This document shows positions 9,934 through 19,786 of a stretch of DNA of 64,000 nucleotides, in pieces. The position numbers and the translations under genes were made by a program. Every line of letters begins with the position of its first letter. Position 1 is the stretch's first letter. A model generated the notes under the pieces. That model saw nothing but the letters and a program-made list of their open reading frames with translations. It searched no databases and was not told the origin of the DNA. Origin of the DNA: an uncultured Chitinophagaceae bacterium (GTDB taxonomy: Bacteria; Bacteroidota; Bacteroidia; Chitinophagales; Chitinophagaceae); the NCBI GenBank assembly GCA_964638565.1, contig CAZXBE010000001.1, positions 388-64,387 on the forward strand, in the 5' to 3' direction.

Positions 9934-10584
9934 ATGGTTATCAATTTAGGCGAAAAACATTCCTTAGTCACCAATTGGGTAAGTGAATTACGAGATACAC
10001 AAGTACAAAAAGACCGAATGCGTTTTCGTAAAAACATAGAACGCATAGGTGAAGTAATTGCTTATGAAATAAGCAAACAATTACCTTCAAAAACAGTAGA
10101 TGTTCAAACTCCACTTGGTATAGCCCCAAGTGCTGTCTTACAACAACAACCTGTTTTGGCAACTATTTTACGTGCTGGATTGCCGCTGCATCAGGGATTG
10201 CTTAATTATTTTGATAAGGCAGATAATGCCTTTATATCAGCTTATCGCAAACACCATGCAGATGGGACCTTTGACATAAGCTTAGAGTATCTTTCTTGCC
10301 CTTCTATCAAAGATCGGGTATTAATTATTTCTGATCCTATGTTAGCTACCGGCGCGTCTTTGGTTAAAACATTAGAGCATATACGTCAAGAAGAACCCCC
10401 ATCAGCTATTCATATTGTAACAGTGATTGCTTGCAAAGTAGGTATTGAATTTGTTCAACGCCATGAGCCGAAAGCTACCATTTGGTGTGGCTCAATGGAT
10501 GAAGAACTTACCGCAAAAGGCTATATCGTACCAGGGTTAGGCGATGCAGGAGATTTAGCTTTTGGAAGCAAACTTCAACAATAA
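9934..10584 (+). CDS. upp: uracil phosphoribosyltransferase
   Basis: PRPP-binding DPMLATGAS motif and C-terminal YIVPGLGDAGD. ATG 9934 preferred over the TTG at 9919. Confidence 0.88.
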   Translation: MVINLGEKHSLVTNWVSELRDTQVQKDRMRFRKNIERIGEVIAYEISKQLPSKTVDVQTPLGIAPSAVLQQQPVLATILRAGLPLHQGLLNYFDKADNAFISAYRKHHADGTFDISLEYLSCPSIKDRVLIISDPMLATGASLVKTLEHIRQEEPPSAIHIVTVIACKVGIEFVQRHEPKATIWCGSMDEELTAKGYIVPGLGDAGDLAFGSKLQQ

Positions 10585-10699
10585 TGTATAAAATTATTAA
10601 CTGTTGTTATAATCTACAGATGAATATATTTAATTTTCTTTGTGATTGATAGCTTGAAGCTTTTGACTGTTCACTTTTCTACTTTTGCTCCTAATATTT

Positions 10700-12037
10700 A
10701 TGAAACGGGTATTCCCTCTCATTATTGTATTGATTACTCTTTCACTTGTAGGCATTATTGCATTGCAGTTTTCTTGGTTTAAGAACATGCTCGAATTAAA
10801 AAAAGAACAGTTGTTAGAGCGTGTAGATAAAGCTTTGTCTGATGTTTCTAGGCAAATTGCATACAAAGAAAGGTTGTCTTCTACTTATCCAAAAGATGAA
10901 TTTGATAAACTATTGCGAAGCGGTATGTCTATGTTTGGCTTGTATAAGCCTCCTTCTATCGTACAACGGTTTAATATTTCTGAGTTAAATGAGAAAATAC
11001 AAAAAGTGCTTCAAGAGCATGACTTAAAAAATTTAAAGTATGAATTTGCTATTATAAACAACACACATTTAATGACATTTGAATTACAAACAAATGCATT
11101 TAACAAAGTATCAAATGATACGATCAATAATAAAATTCGAGTGATTCCTATTGAGCCTGTTGCAAACGAGTGGGAGGGGCTAGCTTCAACAGAGCAAATC
11201 GTATTTGTTATACCTAATTTTACAAGGCAAGTATATAGATCTCTTTTTTGGATGATTTGTATGGCTATTGTATTTACTATTATTATTATTGCAGCTTTCT
11301 TTTTAACGGTGCGTACTATGTTGCGTCAAAAGAAAATAAGTGAAATAAAAACAGACTTCATCAATAATATGACCCATGAATTTAAAACACCTTTAGCAAC
11401 CATATCTTTAGCAATTGACGCTTTGAGGAACGAAAAAGTATTACAAAATAAAGAGCAACTACAATATTTTGGAAATATTATTAAGGAAGAAAATAAACGA
11501 ATGAACAACCATGTAGAAACTATTTTACAAGCCGCTCTTTTAGAAAAAGGAGAACTAGAATTTAATCTTAAACCACATCATGCACATGTGTTTATACAAC
11601 GTGCGTTAGATAATTTTGATCTTCAATTACAACAAAAAAAAGCAATAGTGAATGTTCATTTTTCTGCTAAGAATGATTGGATAGAAGCGGATGAAGTACA
11701 TATGATTAATGTTATTAACAATATCATTGATAATGCCATCAAATATTCTAAAAAGCAATTGACGTTTAATATAGAAACCAAAAACATTGGTAAACAATTC
11801 ATTATATGTATGGAAGACAATGGTATAGGCATGAGTCGAGAAACAATTAAACGCATTTTTGAAAAATTTTATCGAGCACATACAGGCAACGTACATAATG
11901 TAAAAGGTTTTGGCTTGGGAATGAACTATGTTAAAACCATAGTACAAGCACATAAGGGACATATTAAAGTAGAAAGCTTATTAGACAAGGGAAGTACTTT
12001 TATTATAGAAATACCAATAGCAATAAACCATACATGA
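10700..12037 (+). CDS. sensor histidine kinase (no adjacent response regulator)
   Basis: Two TM segments, H-box MTHEFKTPLATI, N-box NIIDNAIKYS, G-boxes DNGIGM and GFGLGM. Confidence 0.85.
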   Translation: MKRVFPLIIVLITLSLVGIIALQFSWFKNMLELKKEQLLERVDKALSDVSRQIAYKERLSSTYPKDEFDKLLRSGMSMFGLYKPPSIVQRFNISELNEKIQKVLQEHDLKNLKYEFAIINNTHLMTFELQTNAFNKVSNDTINNKIRVIPIEPVANEWEGLASTEQIVFVIPNFTRQVYRSLFWMICMAIVFTIIIIAAFFLTVRTMLRQKKISEIKTDFINNMTHEFKTPLATISLAIDALRNEKVLQNKEQLQYFGNIIKEENKRMNNHVETILQAALLEKGELEFNLKPHHAHVFIQRALDNFDLQLQQKKAIVNVHFSAKNDWIEADEVHMINVINNIIDNAIKYSKKQLTFNIETKNIGKQFIICMEDNGIGMSRETIKRIFEKFYRAHTGNVHNVKGFGLGMNYVKTIVQAHKGHIKVESLLDKGSTFIIEIPIAINHT

Positions 12038-12080
12038 TTTAGAAAAATGGTGCATAGTTTGCATCATCAACACGGTGCTT

Positions 12081-13316
12081 CTAGTTACGCATCAATAAGC
12101 AACCATCACCATAACTTAAGAATCTAAAATGGTTCCTTAAAGCATGATTATATATTTTTCTCCAACCCTCCCCTACAAAAGCTGCTACCAATAATAAAAG
12201 TGTTGATTGTGGTTGATGAAAATTAGTAATCAATCCTTTAATCAATTTAAAAGTATAACCCGGAGCAATTAAAATTTGTGTTCTGGTAACTAATCTATCC
12301 ATATCTTTTTCTACTAAATACCTCAAAATATTTAGCAATGCCTTGGTTATTGTAAATTTTTTAGATATGCTATTTTCATAAGGAAACCATTGATGTAATA
12401 TAAAACGTTGCATATCTATATTAGGATCGTTTTCTATAATCCACCCGAACCAATACAAACTTTCTAACGTACGTAAAGATGTGGTGCCTACAGCAATAAT
12501 TACTTTTCCATTCACTACATTGTCTATTAATAATTCAATAGTTGCTTTAGAAATATCTATATACTCTGCATGCATAACATGATCTTCCATGTATGTAGCC
12601 TTTACAGGTTTAAAAGTACCTGCACCAACATGTAACGTTACTTCTAATAATTGAATATTTTTTTTAGCTAATGTGTTAAGTATGTCAGCTGTAAAATGTA
12701 GTCCAGCCGTAGGCGTGGCTACAGAGCCTTTGTTAGAAGCATAAACGGTTTGATATCGTTCTACATCAATTATTTCAGCTTGCCTGTTTAAATAAGGCGG
12801 CAAAGGAATATTTCCTATCAATTCTAAAACTTCTGCAAATGTTTTTGTTTGTGGCATCCAACTAAAGCAAATAGTGTAACTATCTTTTTCCTGAGCTATT
12901 TTTTCTGCATATAATGTTATAGACGAAATATTATTTACAGCCTGTAATATTCCTGTTTTCCATTTAGAAGCACCGCCAATTAAACATTTCCAATATACCT
13001 TGTCCTGTTGCAACATAGCAGTAGTAATATCTCCATATCGATCATCTGGTTCTAAACAAAAAATTTCTATGAGTGTTCCAGTAGATTTTTTAAAATAAAG
13101 TCTAGCCTGAATTACATGTGTATTGTTAAAAACCAATACACTACCACTTGGTAATTCAGTATCAATGTACTGATAACTATTTTCTGTTATTATTCCATTT
13201 CGATATACGAGCAATTTAGAATCATGCCGATTAGACAATGGGTATTGAGCAATACAATCCTCAGGTAAATGATACGTATAATCCTTTATGGAAAGATGTT
13301 TGGGATGAATAAACAT
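12081..13316 (-). CDS. queA: S-adenosylmethionine:tRNA ribosyltransferase-isomerase
   Basis: DYTYHLPEDCIAQYPLSNRHDSKLLVY N-terminus, TPTAGLHFT and NFHQPQSTLLLLV motifs. Confidence 0.88.
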   Translation of the reverse strand: MFIHPKHLSIKDYTYHLPEDCIAQYPLSNRHDSKLLVYRNGIITENSYQYIDTELPSGSVLVFNNTHVIQARLYFKKSTGTLIEIFCLEPDDRYGDITTAMLQQDKVYWKCLIGGASKWKTGILQAVNNISSITLYAEKIAQEKDSYTICFSWMPQTKTFAEVLELIGNIPLPPYLNRQAEIIDVERYQTVYASNKGSVATPTAGLHFTADILNTLAKKNIQLLEVTLHVGAGTFKPVKATYMEDHVMHAEYIDISKATIELLIDNVVNGKVIIAVGTTSLRTLESLYWFGWIIENDPNIDMQRFILHQWFPYENSISKKFTITKALLNILRYLVEKDMDRLVTRTQILIAPGYTFKLIKGLITNFHQPQSTLLLLVAAFVGEGWRKIYNHALRNHFRFLSYGDGCLLMRN

Positions 13317-13408
13317 GATTACAATAAGAGATATTTTTCACAACAAAGCGCTTAAATCCAAAATAATGCGAAAATAGTGTTTAGTATTTTATATCCTATT
13401 TTTAATCT

Positions 13409-13437
13409 ATTTCCACAGCAATCCACAGTTATTCACA
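13409..13437 (-). promoter_or_regulatory. three 10-bp-phased CCAC/TCAC boxes (GTGG/GTGA on the minus strand), distal set in the queA-mraZ spacer
   Basis: atttCCACAg caatCCACAg ttatTCACAt with cores at 13413, 13423 and 13433. Could be a second MraZ-type operator facing queA, or DnaA-box-like 9-mers (TTATTCACA is 8/9 to TTATCCACA). Confidence 0.35.
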
Positions 13438-13535
13438 TTAACTTCTTTTAATTCAAGATCTAAAATTCATTTAATCCTTATCTATACAGCTATTTAAGGT
13501 TGTGCATAAATTGCTTATTCTATTTTTACGTATTT

Positions 13536-13564
13536 AAGTGGGAAAAAGTGTTATTTTGTGGTGA
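13536..13564 (+). promoter_or_regulatory. probable MraZ operator (three direct GTGG/GTGT repeats, 10-bp period)
   Basis: aaGTGGGaaaaaGTGTTattttGTGGTg with cores at 13538, 13548 and 13558, ending 30 nt upstream of the mraZ ATG. This matches the known architecture of MraZ sites (three direct TGGGN/GTG-type repeats at 10-bp spacing). Confidence 0.55.
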
Positions 13565-13591
13565 AAATAATAAAATCAATACAGCGTTGTA

Positions 13592-14047
13592 ATGAACGAT
13601 TTTCTGGGAGAATATGAATCAACCTTGGATGCAAAGGGACGTTTTCTTTTACCTGTAGGTTTTAAAAAGCAGTTATTGGGTAAAAAGGGAAGCTCCCAGT
13701 TTATCATTAATAGAGGATTTGAAAAATGTTTGTCTTTATACCCAATACACAGTTGGGAACCTATTTTTAATAAAATAAATACCCTCAATGACTTTGATCC
13801 TGAGGTAAGGGCATTTAGGCGTTACTTCTTAAATGGAGCAACATCGTTGGGATTGGATACAGCAGGCCGGTTGCTCATCCCAAAAAGTTTAATGGAATAT
13901 GCCAATTTATCAAAAGATATTGTTTTAAGCGCTGCTATCAATAAAATAGAAATTTGGGGTAAACAACAATATCAACAGCTCTTTGAAAATTTTTCACCAA
14001 GTGTATTTAGCGATTTAGCAAAGAATGTCATGAATAATAAGGACTAA
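13592..14047 (+). CDS. mraZ: division/cell wall cluster transcriptional regulator MraZ
   Basis: 151 aa with duplicated SpoVT/AbrB-like motifs LDAKGRFLLP and LDTAGRLLIP; first gene of the dcw cluster. Confidence 0.92.
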   Translation: MNDFLGEYESTLDAKGRFLLPVGFKKQLLGKKGSSQFIINRGFEKCLSLYPIHSWEPIFNKINTLNDFDPEVRAFRRYFLNGATSLGLDTAGRLLIPKSLMEYANLSKDIVLSAAINKIEIWGKQQYQQLFENFSPSVFSDLAKNVMNNKD

Positions 14048-14051
14048 AATA

Positions 14052-14978
14052 ATGGCGTACCACATTCCTGTTTTATTGAAAGAAACCATTGAGGCGTTAC
14101 AAATAAAACCTGATGGCATCTATGTGGATTGCACCATGGGAGGAGCTGGACATACAAAGGCTATATTAAATAAGTTGGGACCAAAGGGAAAACTAATCGT
14201 ATTTGATCAAGATAAAGATTCGGCTAAAAACGTACCAGACGATGATCGGGTAATTTTCATTGATCATAATTTTAAACATATAAAACGATTTTTAAAATTA
14301 TATAAAGTGACAGAAGTTGACGGTCTTTTGGCAGATTTGGGAGTTTCAAGCCATCAATTTGATGAAGCATCCAGAGGCTTTTCTATTCGGTATGATGCGA
14401 TGTTAGATATGCGTATGGATCAAAGACAAACAACAACTGCTTATGATATTGTACAAACGTATACCGAACAACAATTGCATAAATTATTTGAACAATATGG
14501 AGAAGTTACCAATGCCAAAACACTAGCTAAAACAATTGTACAAATAAGACATACACAATCTTTAAAAACCATAAACAATTTTAAACAAGCCATTAATGCC
14601 ATAGTAAAAGGGAATCCAAATAAATACTTTGCACAGGTTTTTCAAGCGTTGCGTATAGAAGTTAATAATGAAATGGAATCGTTAGAAGCTTTGCTAAAAG
14701 AACTTCCTAGCATATTAAAATTAGGGGGAAGAGTTGTATTTATAACCTTTCACTCCATAGAAGATAGAATAGTAAAAAATTATTTTAAGCAAGGAAAAAT
14801 ACAAAAAAATAACGAAAGTGATTGGATACAAAATGAAAAGGAAAAACATTTTTTAAAAGTAATTACCAAAAAGCCCATTGAGGCAAGCGAAGCAGAATTA
14901 AAATACAATACAAGGGCAAGAAGTGCAAAATTGAGAGTAGCAGAAAAAATAGGGAAGATTTTAAATATACGTAATTAA
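14052..14978 (+). CDS. rsmH: 16S rRNA (cytosine1402-N4)-methyltransferase
   Basis: HIPVLLKE...YVDCTMGGAGH and DLGVSSHQFD motifs. Confidence 0.92.
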   Translation: MAYHIPVLLKETIEALQIKPDGIYVDCTMGGAGHTKAILNKLGPKGKLIVFDQDKDSAKNVPDDDRVIFIDHNFKHIKRFLKLYKVTEVDGLLADLGVSSHQFDEASRGFSIRYDAMLDMRMDQRQTTTAYDIVQTYTEQQLHKLFEQYGEVTNAKTLAKTIVQIRHTQSLKTINNFKQAINAIVKGNPNKYFAQVFQALRIEVNNEMESLEALLKELPSILKLGGRVVFITFHSIEDRIVKNYFKQGKIQKNNESDWIQNEKEKHFLKVITKKPIEASEAELKYNTRARSAKLRVAEKIGKILNIRN

Positions 14979-14981
14979 CAG

Positions 14982-15281
14982 ATGACTAATACAAGAGACT
15001 GGCGTAAGCTATTCAAATATCAATGGATTGCAAAAAATACATCCTACTTTTTATTCTTAGCGATACTAGCTATTATATATATAGCAAACGGGCATTGGGC
15101 AGATAAAACCATTCGCAATATAAATGCCAATGCACGAGACTTAAAAAACATGCAGCACGAATATAAAAGTTTAAAAACTGAATTAATGTTTCAAAGTAAA
15201 GAAAGCGAATTAGCTAAAGCTGTACAGCCACTGGGTTTAAAACCATTAATGCAACCAGCGGTTAAATTAATACATAAATGA
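14982..15281 (+). CDS. ftsL: FtsL-like bitopic cell division protein
   Basis: 99 aa, single TM helix followed by a coiled-coil-like stretch, in the canonical position between rsmH and ftsI. Confidence 0.6.
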   Translation: MTNTRDWRKLFKYQWIAKNTSYFLFLAILAIIYIANGHWADKTIRNINANARDLKNMQHEYKSLKTELMFQSKESELAKAVQPLGLKPLMQPAVKLIHK

Positions 15282-15290
15282 TGAATTGAA

Positions 15291-15368
15291 GTTGTATGCT
15301 AAATGTTGCATGTTGAATGAAGGAAATTATAGCATTAATAAATAATCATACAACATTTAACATACAAC
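15291..15368. repeat. long imperfect palindrome built from GTTGNATG / CATACAAC 8-mers
   Basis: Left arm 15291-15312 gttgtatgctaaatgttgcatg pairs with right arm 15347-15368 catacaacatttaacatacaac at 20/22 positions, with a 34-nt AT-rich loop. Lies between the ftsL stop and the ftsI start. Confidence 0.6.
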
Positions 15369-15418
15369 ACATAACATAATTTTTTCATTCGCACACCAAA
15401 AATACGCACATTTAAAAA

Positions 15419-17524
15419 GTGGATATTAAAAAGGACATATTGTGGCGGGTATATCTAATATTTTTAACACTATTAGTATTCGGTTGTATAGTATTAGGCA
15501 AAGCCATTTATATACAACAAGTACAGGGAAAATATTGGCGCAGCATGTCCGACAGCCTTCATGTACGGTACGAAGCGCTGCATGCAGAAAGAGGAACTAT
15601 ATACAGTGAAGATGGTAATATGCTCAGCACATCCATACCCGAATTTGATGTGTATATAGATTTTGCGGCCGATGGCTTACGAGAAAAAAATGGTAAGCGA
15701 TTTACAGAAAATCTAGATTCCTTATCCATCAATTTGGCTAATCTTTTTAAAGATAAAAAAACGGATGACTATAAAAAAGAATTGCAAAATGCGTATAACA
15801 AAGAAGATCGATATTATCTATTACAACGCAAAATTAACTTTCAACAATACATAACATTATCAAACTTCCCGCTAGTACGAATGGGTAGGAATAAAAGTGG
15901 TTTTATTATAAGCATGCACACCAAACGGCTCAATCCATTTAAACTATTGGCTAACAGAACCATTGGCTTATCTAGAGAAAATGCACAAAATGTAGGCCTC
16001 GAACAAACGTACGATAGCCTATTAAAAGGCAGTACAGGAAAGCGTTTGGTGAGATATATGGCAGGTGGCTCATTGGTGCCTGTAGAAGGATCAGAAATAG
16101 ATCCAGAAGATGGAAAAGACATCGTAACCACCATTGATGTAAACATTCAAGACATAGCAGAAAATGCATTAATGCGTATGATGCAAGACAATCAAGCCGA
16201 ACACGGCACTTGTATAGTAATGGAAGTAAAAACAGGAAAAATAAAAGCTATTGCCAATTTAGGTAGAATATCCGATGGAAATTATTGGGAAAATTATAAC
16301 TATGCTATTACTGCATCAGAGCCCGGATCTACATTTAAATTAGCCACATTACTTGCTGTATTAGAAGATAAGCATGCCCAATTAAACAGCTCTGTAAACC
16401 TAGAAGGTGGTGTGTGGCATGTTGCAGGCAGAACGGTGTACGATAGTGAAAAACATGGTCGCTATGACGTAACCGTACAGCAAGCATTTGAACTAAGCTC
16501 TAACGTAGGCATGGCCAAATTAGCATGGATGTATTATAATGACCATCCTTCAAAATTTATTGATCATTTAAAACATTTACACCTCAATCAGTTGTCTGGA
16601 TTAGGTTTGAGAGGTGAAACACATCCTATTATATTTACACCAGAAAGTAAATATTGGAGTAAAACCACTTTGCCTTGGATGGCTTTTGGCTACAACGTAA
16701 TGGTAAGTCCCTTGCAAACTTTAATGTTATATAATGCTGTAGCCAACAATGGTAAAATGATGAAACCCTATCTAGTAAACACTATTATGCAAGATGGAAA
16801 AATTATTCGCCAGTTCAATCCAGAAATAATAGAAGAAAAAATTTGCAGCAGCGAAACCTTACAGCAACTTAAAACTTGTTTAGAAGGGGTTGTACTGCAT
16901 GGCACGGCAAAAAATTTAAAAGATTCCAATTATAGTATTGCCGGAAAAACAGGAACAGCACTTGTAGCCAATGGCAAACGTGGATATGCAGATCATATTT
17001 ATCAATCCTCGTTCGCAGGATATTTTCCTGCAGATAATCCGCAGTATAGCTGTATTGTAGTTATAAAAAATAAATCTCATGCAGCTAAATTTTATGGTGC
17101 ATTAGTAGCAGGTCCTGTATTTAAAGCCATCGCCGATCGGCTATATGCTACACAAGTAAATAGCCCGGCATCAAACATAGCAACGGCAATAAAAGATAGC
17201 AGCAATAACTATAATTATGTAAGTATAGCGTCTAATCTTAAAAAGATATTACAACAAATGCATATTGTTTACCGTGATTCTGCAAAAGCTTCAAACATAG
17301 CACAGTTAAGCTATACAGGTCAGCAATATGCAATTAAAAAAATCCATAACAATACTAACACCATGCCTTCCTTACAGGGTATGGGTTTTAAAGATGCTTT
17401 GTATGTATTAGAAAATATGGGGGTAAAAATAATGGCAAGAGGAAGAGGAAAAGTATCTGCGCAATCCATAACAGCAGGTACAGTAGTTCGTAAGAATGAA
17501 GTGGTATATGTGCAGCTGAATTAA
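15419..17524 (+). CDS. ftsI: penicillin-binding protein 3-type transpeptidase with C-terminal PASTA-like domain
   Basis: GTG start; N-terminal TM anchor; SxxK (GSTFKL), SxN (LSSNVG) and KTG (GKTGTA) motifs. Confidence 0.88.
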   Translation: MDIKKDILWRVYLIFLTLLVFGCIVLGKAIYIQQVQGKYWRSMSDSLHVRYEALHAERGTIYSEDGNMLSTSIPEFDVYIDFAADGLREKNGKRFTENLDSLSINLANLFKDKKTDDYKKELQNAYNKEDRYYLLQRKINFQQYITLSNFPLVRMGRNKSGFIISMHTKRLNPFKLLANRTIGLSRENAQNVGLEQTYDSLLKGSTGKRLVRYMAGGSLVPVEGSEIDPEDGKDIVTTIDVNIQDIAENALMRMMQDNQAEHGTCIVMEVKTGKIKAIANLGRISDGNYWENYNYAITASEPGSTFKLATLLAVLEDKHAQLNSSVNLEGGVWHVAGRTVYDSEKHGRYDVTVQQAFELSSNVGMAKLAWMYYNDHPSKFIDHLKHLHLNQLSGLGLRGETHPIIFTPESKYWSKTTLPWMAFGYNVMVSPLQTLMLYNAVANNGKMMKPYLVNTIMQDGKIIRQFNPEIIEEKICSSETLQQLKTCLEGVVLHGTAKNLKDSNYSIAGKTGTALVANGKRGYADHIYQSSFAGYFPADNPQYSCIVVIKNKSHAAKFYGALVAGPVFKAIADRLYATQVNSPASNIATAIKDSSNNYNYVSIASNLKKILQQMHIVYRDSAKASNIAQLSYTGQQYAIKKIHNNTNTMPSLQGMGFKDALYVLENMGVKIMARGRGKVSAQSITAGTVVRKNEVVYVQLN

Positions 17525-17567
17525 ATAATGGGTAAAAGAAAATATTTATAGTCTTGTCAAAAAAAGA

Positions 17568-17593
17568 TGTCAGGGTGAGCGTAGTCGAACCCG
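17568..17593. repeat. short GAGCRTAGTCGAA-core element (degenerate copy)
   Basis: tgtcagGGTGAGCGTAGTCGAACCcg shares an 18-nt core (3 mismatches) with the hairpin at 35328-35357. Confidence 0.4.
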
Positions 17594-17814
17594 TTTAAAT
17601 AGAAAGAAGAAAAAATATGGAATCAACTTATTGCCACTATTAAACTTCATTGCAATGAAGGGCACGCTGCGTTTGTTGTAGCAATATTAAGCTTAAGGTT
17701 TAGAACTAAATAGATACAAAATGGATATAATGAATTATACAGAATCAAATAATAAAAATGAATTCAATAACGACTCAAACACAATTTTTTTATTAACTAT
17801 TAAACCAAATAATA

Positions 17815-19587
17815 ATGAAATATACATTTATTAGTCTGTTATTTTTATTATTTACTACCACTGTAATTTCGCAAACTATTTCTCCAGCTGAAGATTCTGA
17901 AAGATGCCCAGATCTAGGCTATCCTAACGGCGCAGGATATTTCTACACAATTACATTCCCAGATACTGCAAAATTTTATTCGCTATCTAATTTTAAACAT
18001 TGCAAAATAGATTGGTATACAAACGAAATTAGTAAAAAGCCATTTGAAGCCACAGTATACATTCAGTTCGAAGACCAAAGTGCGGAGAAAACAACAATTC
18101 AAATTTTTAAATTAGGTAGCTCATCGCCTGTAAAAACGCTAGACTTTACCCACATCAAATCTATAGCAGATCGCACTATAGAAAATAATCTGCCTATTTT
18201 AAATGCTAGTAATTGCAGCAAGAACTACCTTTTCTTGATTTTTACTCAAATGCGCTTTCGTACGACAGGAAGTAGGGATATATTTGATGACTATGGAGCA
18301 TATCTACCCGTTTATGAATACCAACTGCCTAAAGGTTGGAAAATAACTAGTGGATATCTTGAACCTAGTACTATACCAGGGTTAGTATGGGGTTCTAATA
18401 ATATTGTTTTAGAGACGAGTTTACTAGGCATAAATGAAGTGGTAAAAGTAAGAGTTGTAAATGCCCATTGTGGAGAGCCATACAAAAGGAGTCAGTGGAA
18501 AACTATTCCTATAATCCGCCCTGCTCTAAAACCAGTTATCAACGGCAGTAACAGTGTAACCATAAACTGTGGAGATATTAGCACAAGAACCGTCAGCATT
18601 ACCAACGCCACCGGTTTAACCTGTGCCACTTACGAATGGAATCTTATAGGCCGCAACTGGTCAGATACTAACGGAAACCCTATTACCACAATTATTACAA
18701 CCACCGAACCCAAACTAAACATCAAACCAACTTTTAACGGAACAGAACCTAAAAATATTGTGGTAAAAATAAAAGCAGGAACAGAAGAGTTGGTGGATAG
18801 TGTACTAGTTGTAAATACCAACATAACACCCACTATTTCTGGAGATGGTGTAATTTGTAGTTCTGCCACATACAATATTGCAACTACTTCAACAATAAAC
18901 TGGTCTGTAAGCCCTTCGGGTATCGTTAACCTATCCACTATTGGCAATCAAGCCACGCTTACAAGAATAGGAACCAGCAACAATCAAATAAAACTTACAG
19001 GAACGTTTATTAAATGCGGTTCCACAACACCTATTACAATAAATAAAGATATTTATATTGGTGCTCCTGCAATAACAACAGACTACAAGCCAAATTACAA
19101 TTACCTTAACGTTGATTTAATTGGTGATAAAGGAATAAACATAGATATTCAAGGCATCACCTCAACTCTTTGGGAAAGGATATCTTCTACCAATGGTGGA
19201 ACTTTTGGTGGAAGTGGTTTTTCTGGATTTGGGCATGGACCAAATTATATTTGGACAGTAACTTGCAAAATTGATGCTACGAACCAATGCGGTACTACCA
19301 CTATTGAAAGACTTTTTTGTGTTCCTGCTCCACTACCCTGCGATGATAAGCCGATACTACAAAAAAAAGCTACCAACATATATTCTAAAGTTACTCTTCC
19401 ATGCCTAACTAAAAACAAAGAAATAACAGCATACAAAAGTGCTGTACTGTTCGATTACCAAGGCAATATTATCAAACAATTTAATAGCGGTTACGACATT
19501 GATGTAAATGGTATAAAACCAGGTATCTATATTTTACAAATGGATTTAGGGAAGGAAAAAGTTGTAGATAAAATTATCGTAGAATAA
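17815..19587 (+). CDS. secreted protein with T9SS C-terminal sorting domain, unknown function
   Basis: Signal peptide MKYTFISLLFLLFTTTVISQ. C-terminal ~80 aa ending GIKPGIYILQMDLGKEKVVDKIIVE resembles the T9SS type A sorting domain. Confidence 0.7.
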   Translation: MKYTFISLLFLLFTTTVISQTISPAEDSERCPDLGYPNGAGYFYTITFPDTAKFYSLSNFKHCKIDWYTNEISKKPFEATVYIQFEDQSAEKTTIQIFKLGSSSPVKTLDFTHIKSIADRTIENNLPILNASNCSKNYLFLIFTQMRFRTTGSRDIFDDYGAYLPVYEYQLPKGWKITSGYLEPSTIPGLVWGSNNIVLETSLLGINEVVKVRVVNAHCGEPYKRSQWKTIPIIRPALKPVINGSNSVTINCGDISTRTVSITNATGLTCATYEWNLIGRNWSDTNGNPITTIITTTEPKLNIKPTFNGTEPKNIVVKIKAGTEELVDSVLVVNTNITPTISGDGVICSSATYNIATTSTINWSVSPSGIVNLSTIGNQATLTRIGTSNNQIKLTGTFIKCGSTTPITINKDIYIGAPAITTDYKPNYNYLNVDLIGDKGINIDIQGITSTLWERISSTNGGTFGGSGFSGFGHGPNYIWTVTCKIDATNQCGTTTIERLFCVPAPLPCDDKPILQKKATNIYSKVTLPCLTKNKEITAYKSAVLFDYQGNIIKQFNSGYDIDVNGIKPGIYILQMDLGKEKVVDKIIVE

Positions 19588-19599
19588 GCATCTTACAAT

Positions 19600-19620
19600 C
19601 CTATTCTGCAGCAGAATAGG
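19600..19620 (+). terminator. hairpin after the T9SS cargo gene (possible terminator)
   Basis: cctattctg-cag-cagaatagg, a perfect 9-bp stem 13 nt after the stop. No clean T-run follows, so the call is tentative. Confidence 0.35.
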
Positions 19621-19786
19621 TTAAAAAATAAGGTTAAGGTTATCTTTTATGAAGTTGCGATAAAGTTTACTTAAAAACAACATTGCCTATTCAAACATAT
19701 AAAAAGTATAAAAAATTGTACATCTAGCTATACAAAAAATACAAGAAACTGTATAGCTGAGTATATAAAATAAAAACAAATTATAA

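Noticed and set aside
10700-12037. Orphan sensor kinase as part of a hidden two-component or novel signalling locus
   Set aside because: It has standard HisKA/HATPase architecture, and orphan kinases are common in Bacteroidota. The neighbours (upp, queA) give no functional link.
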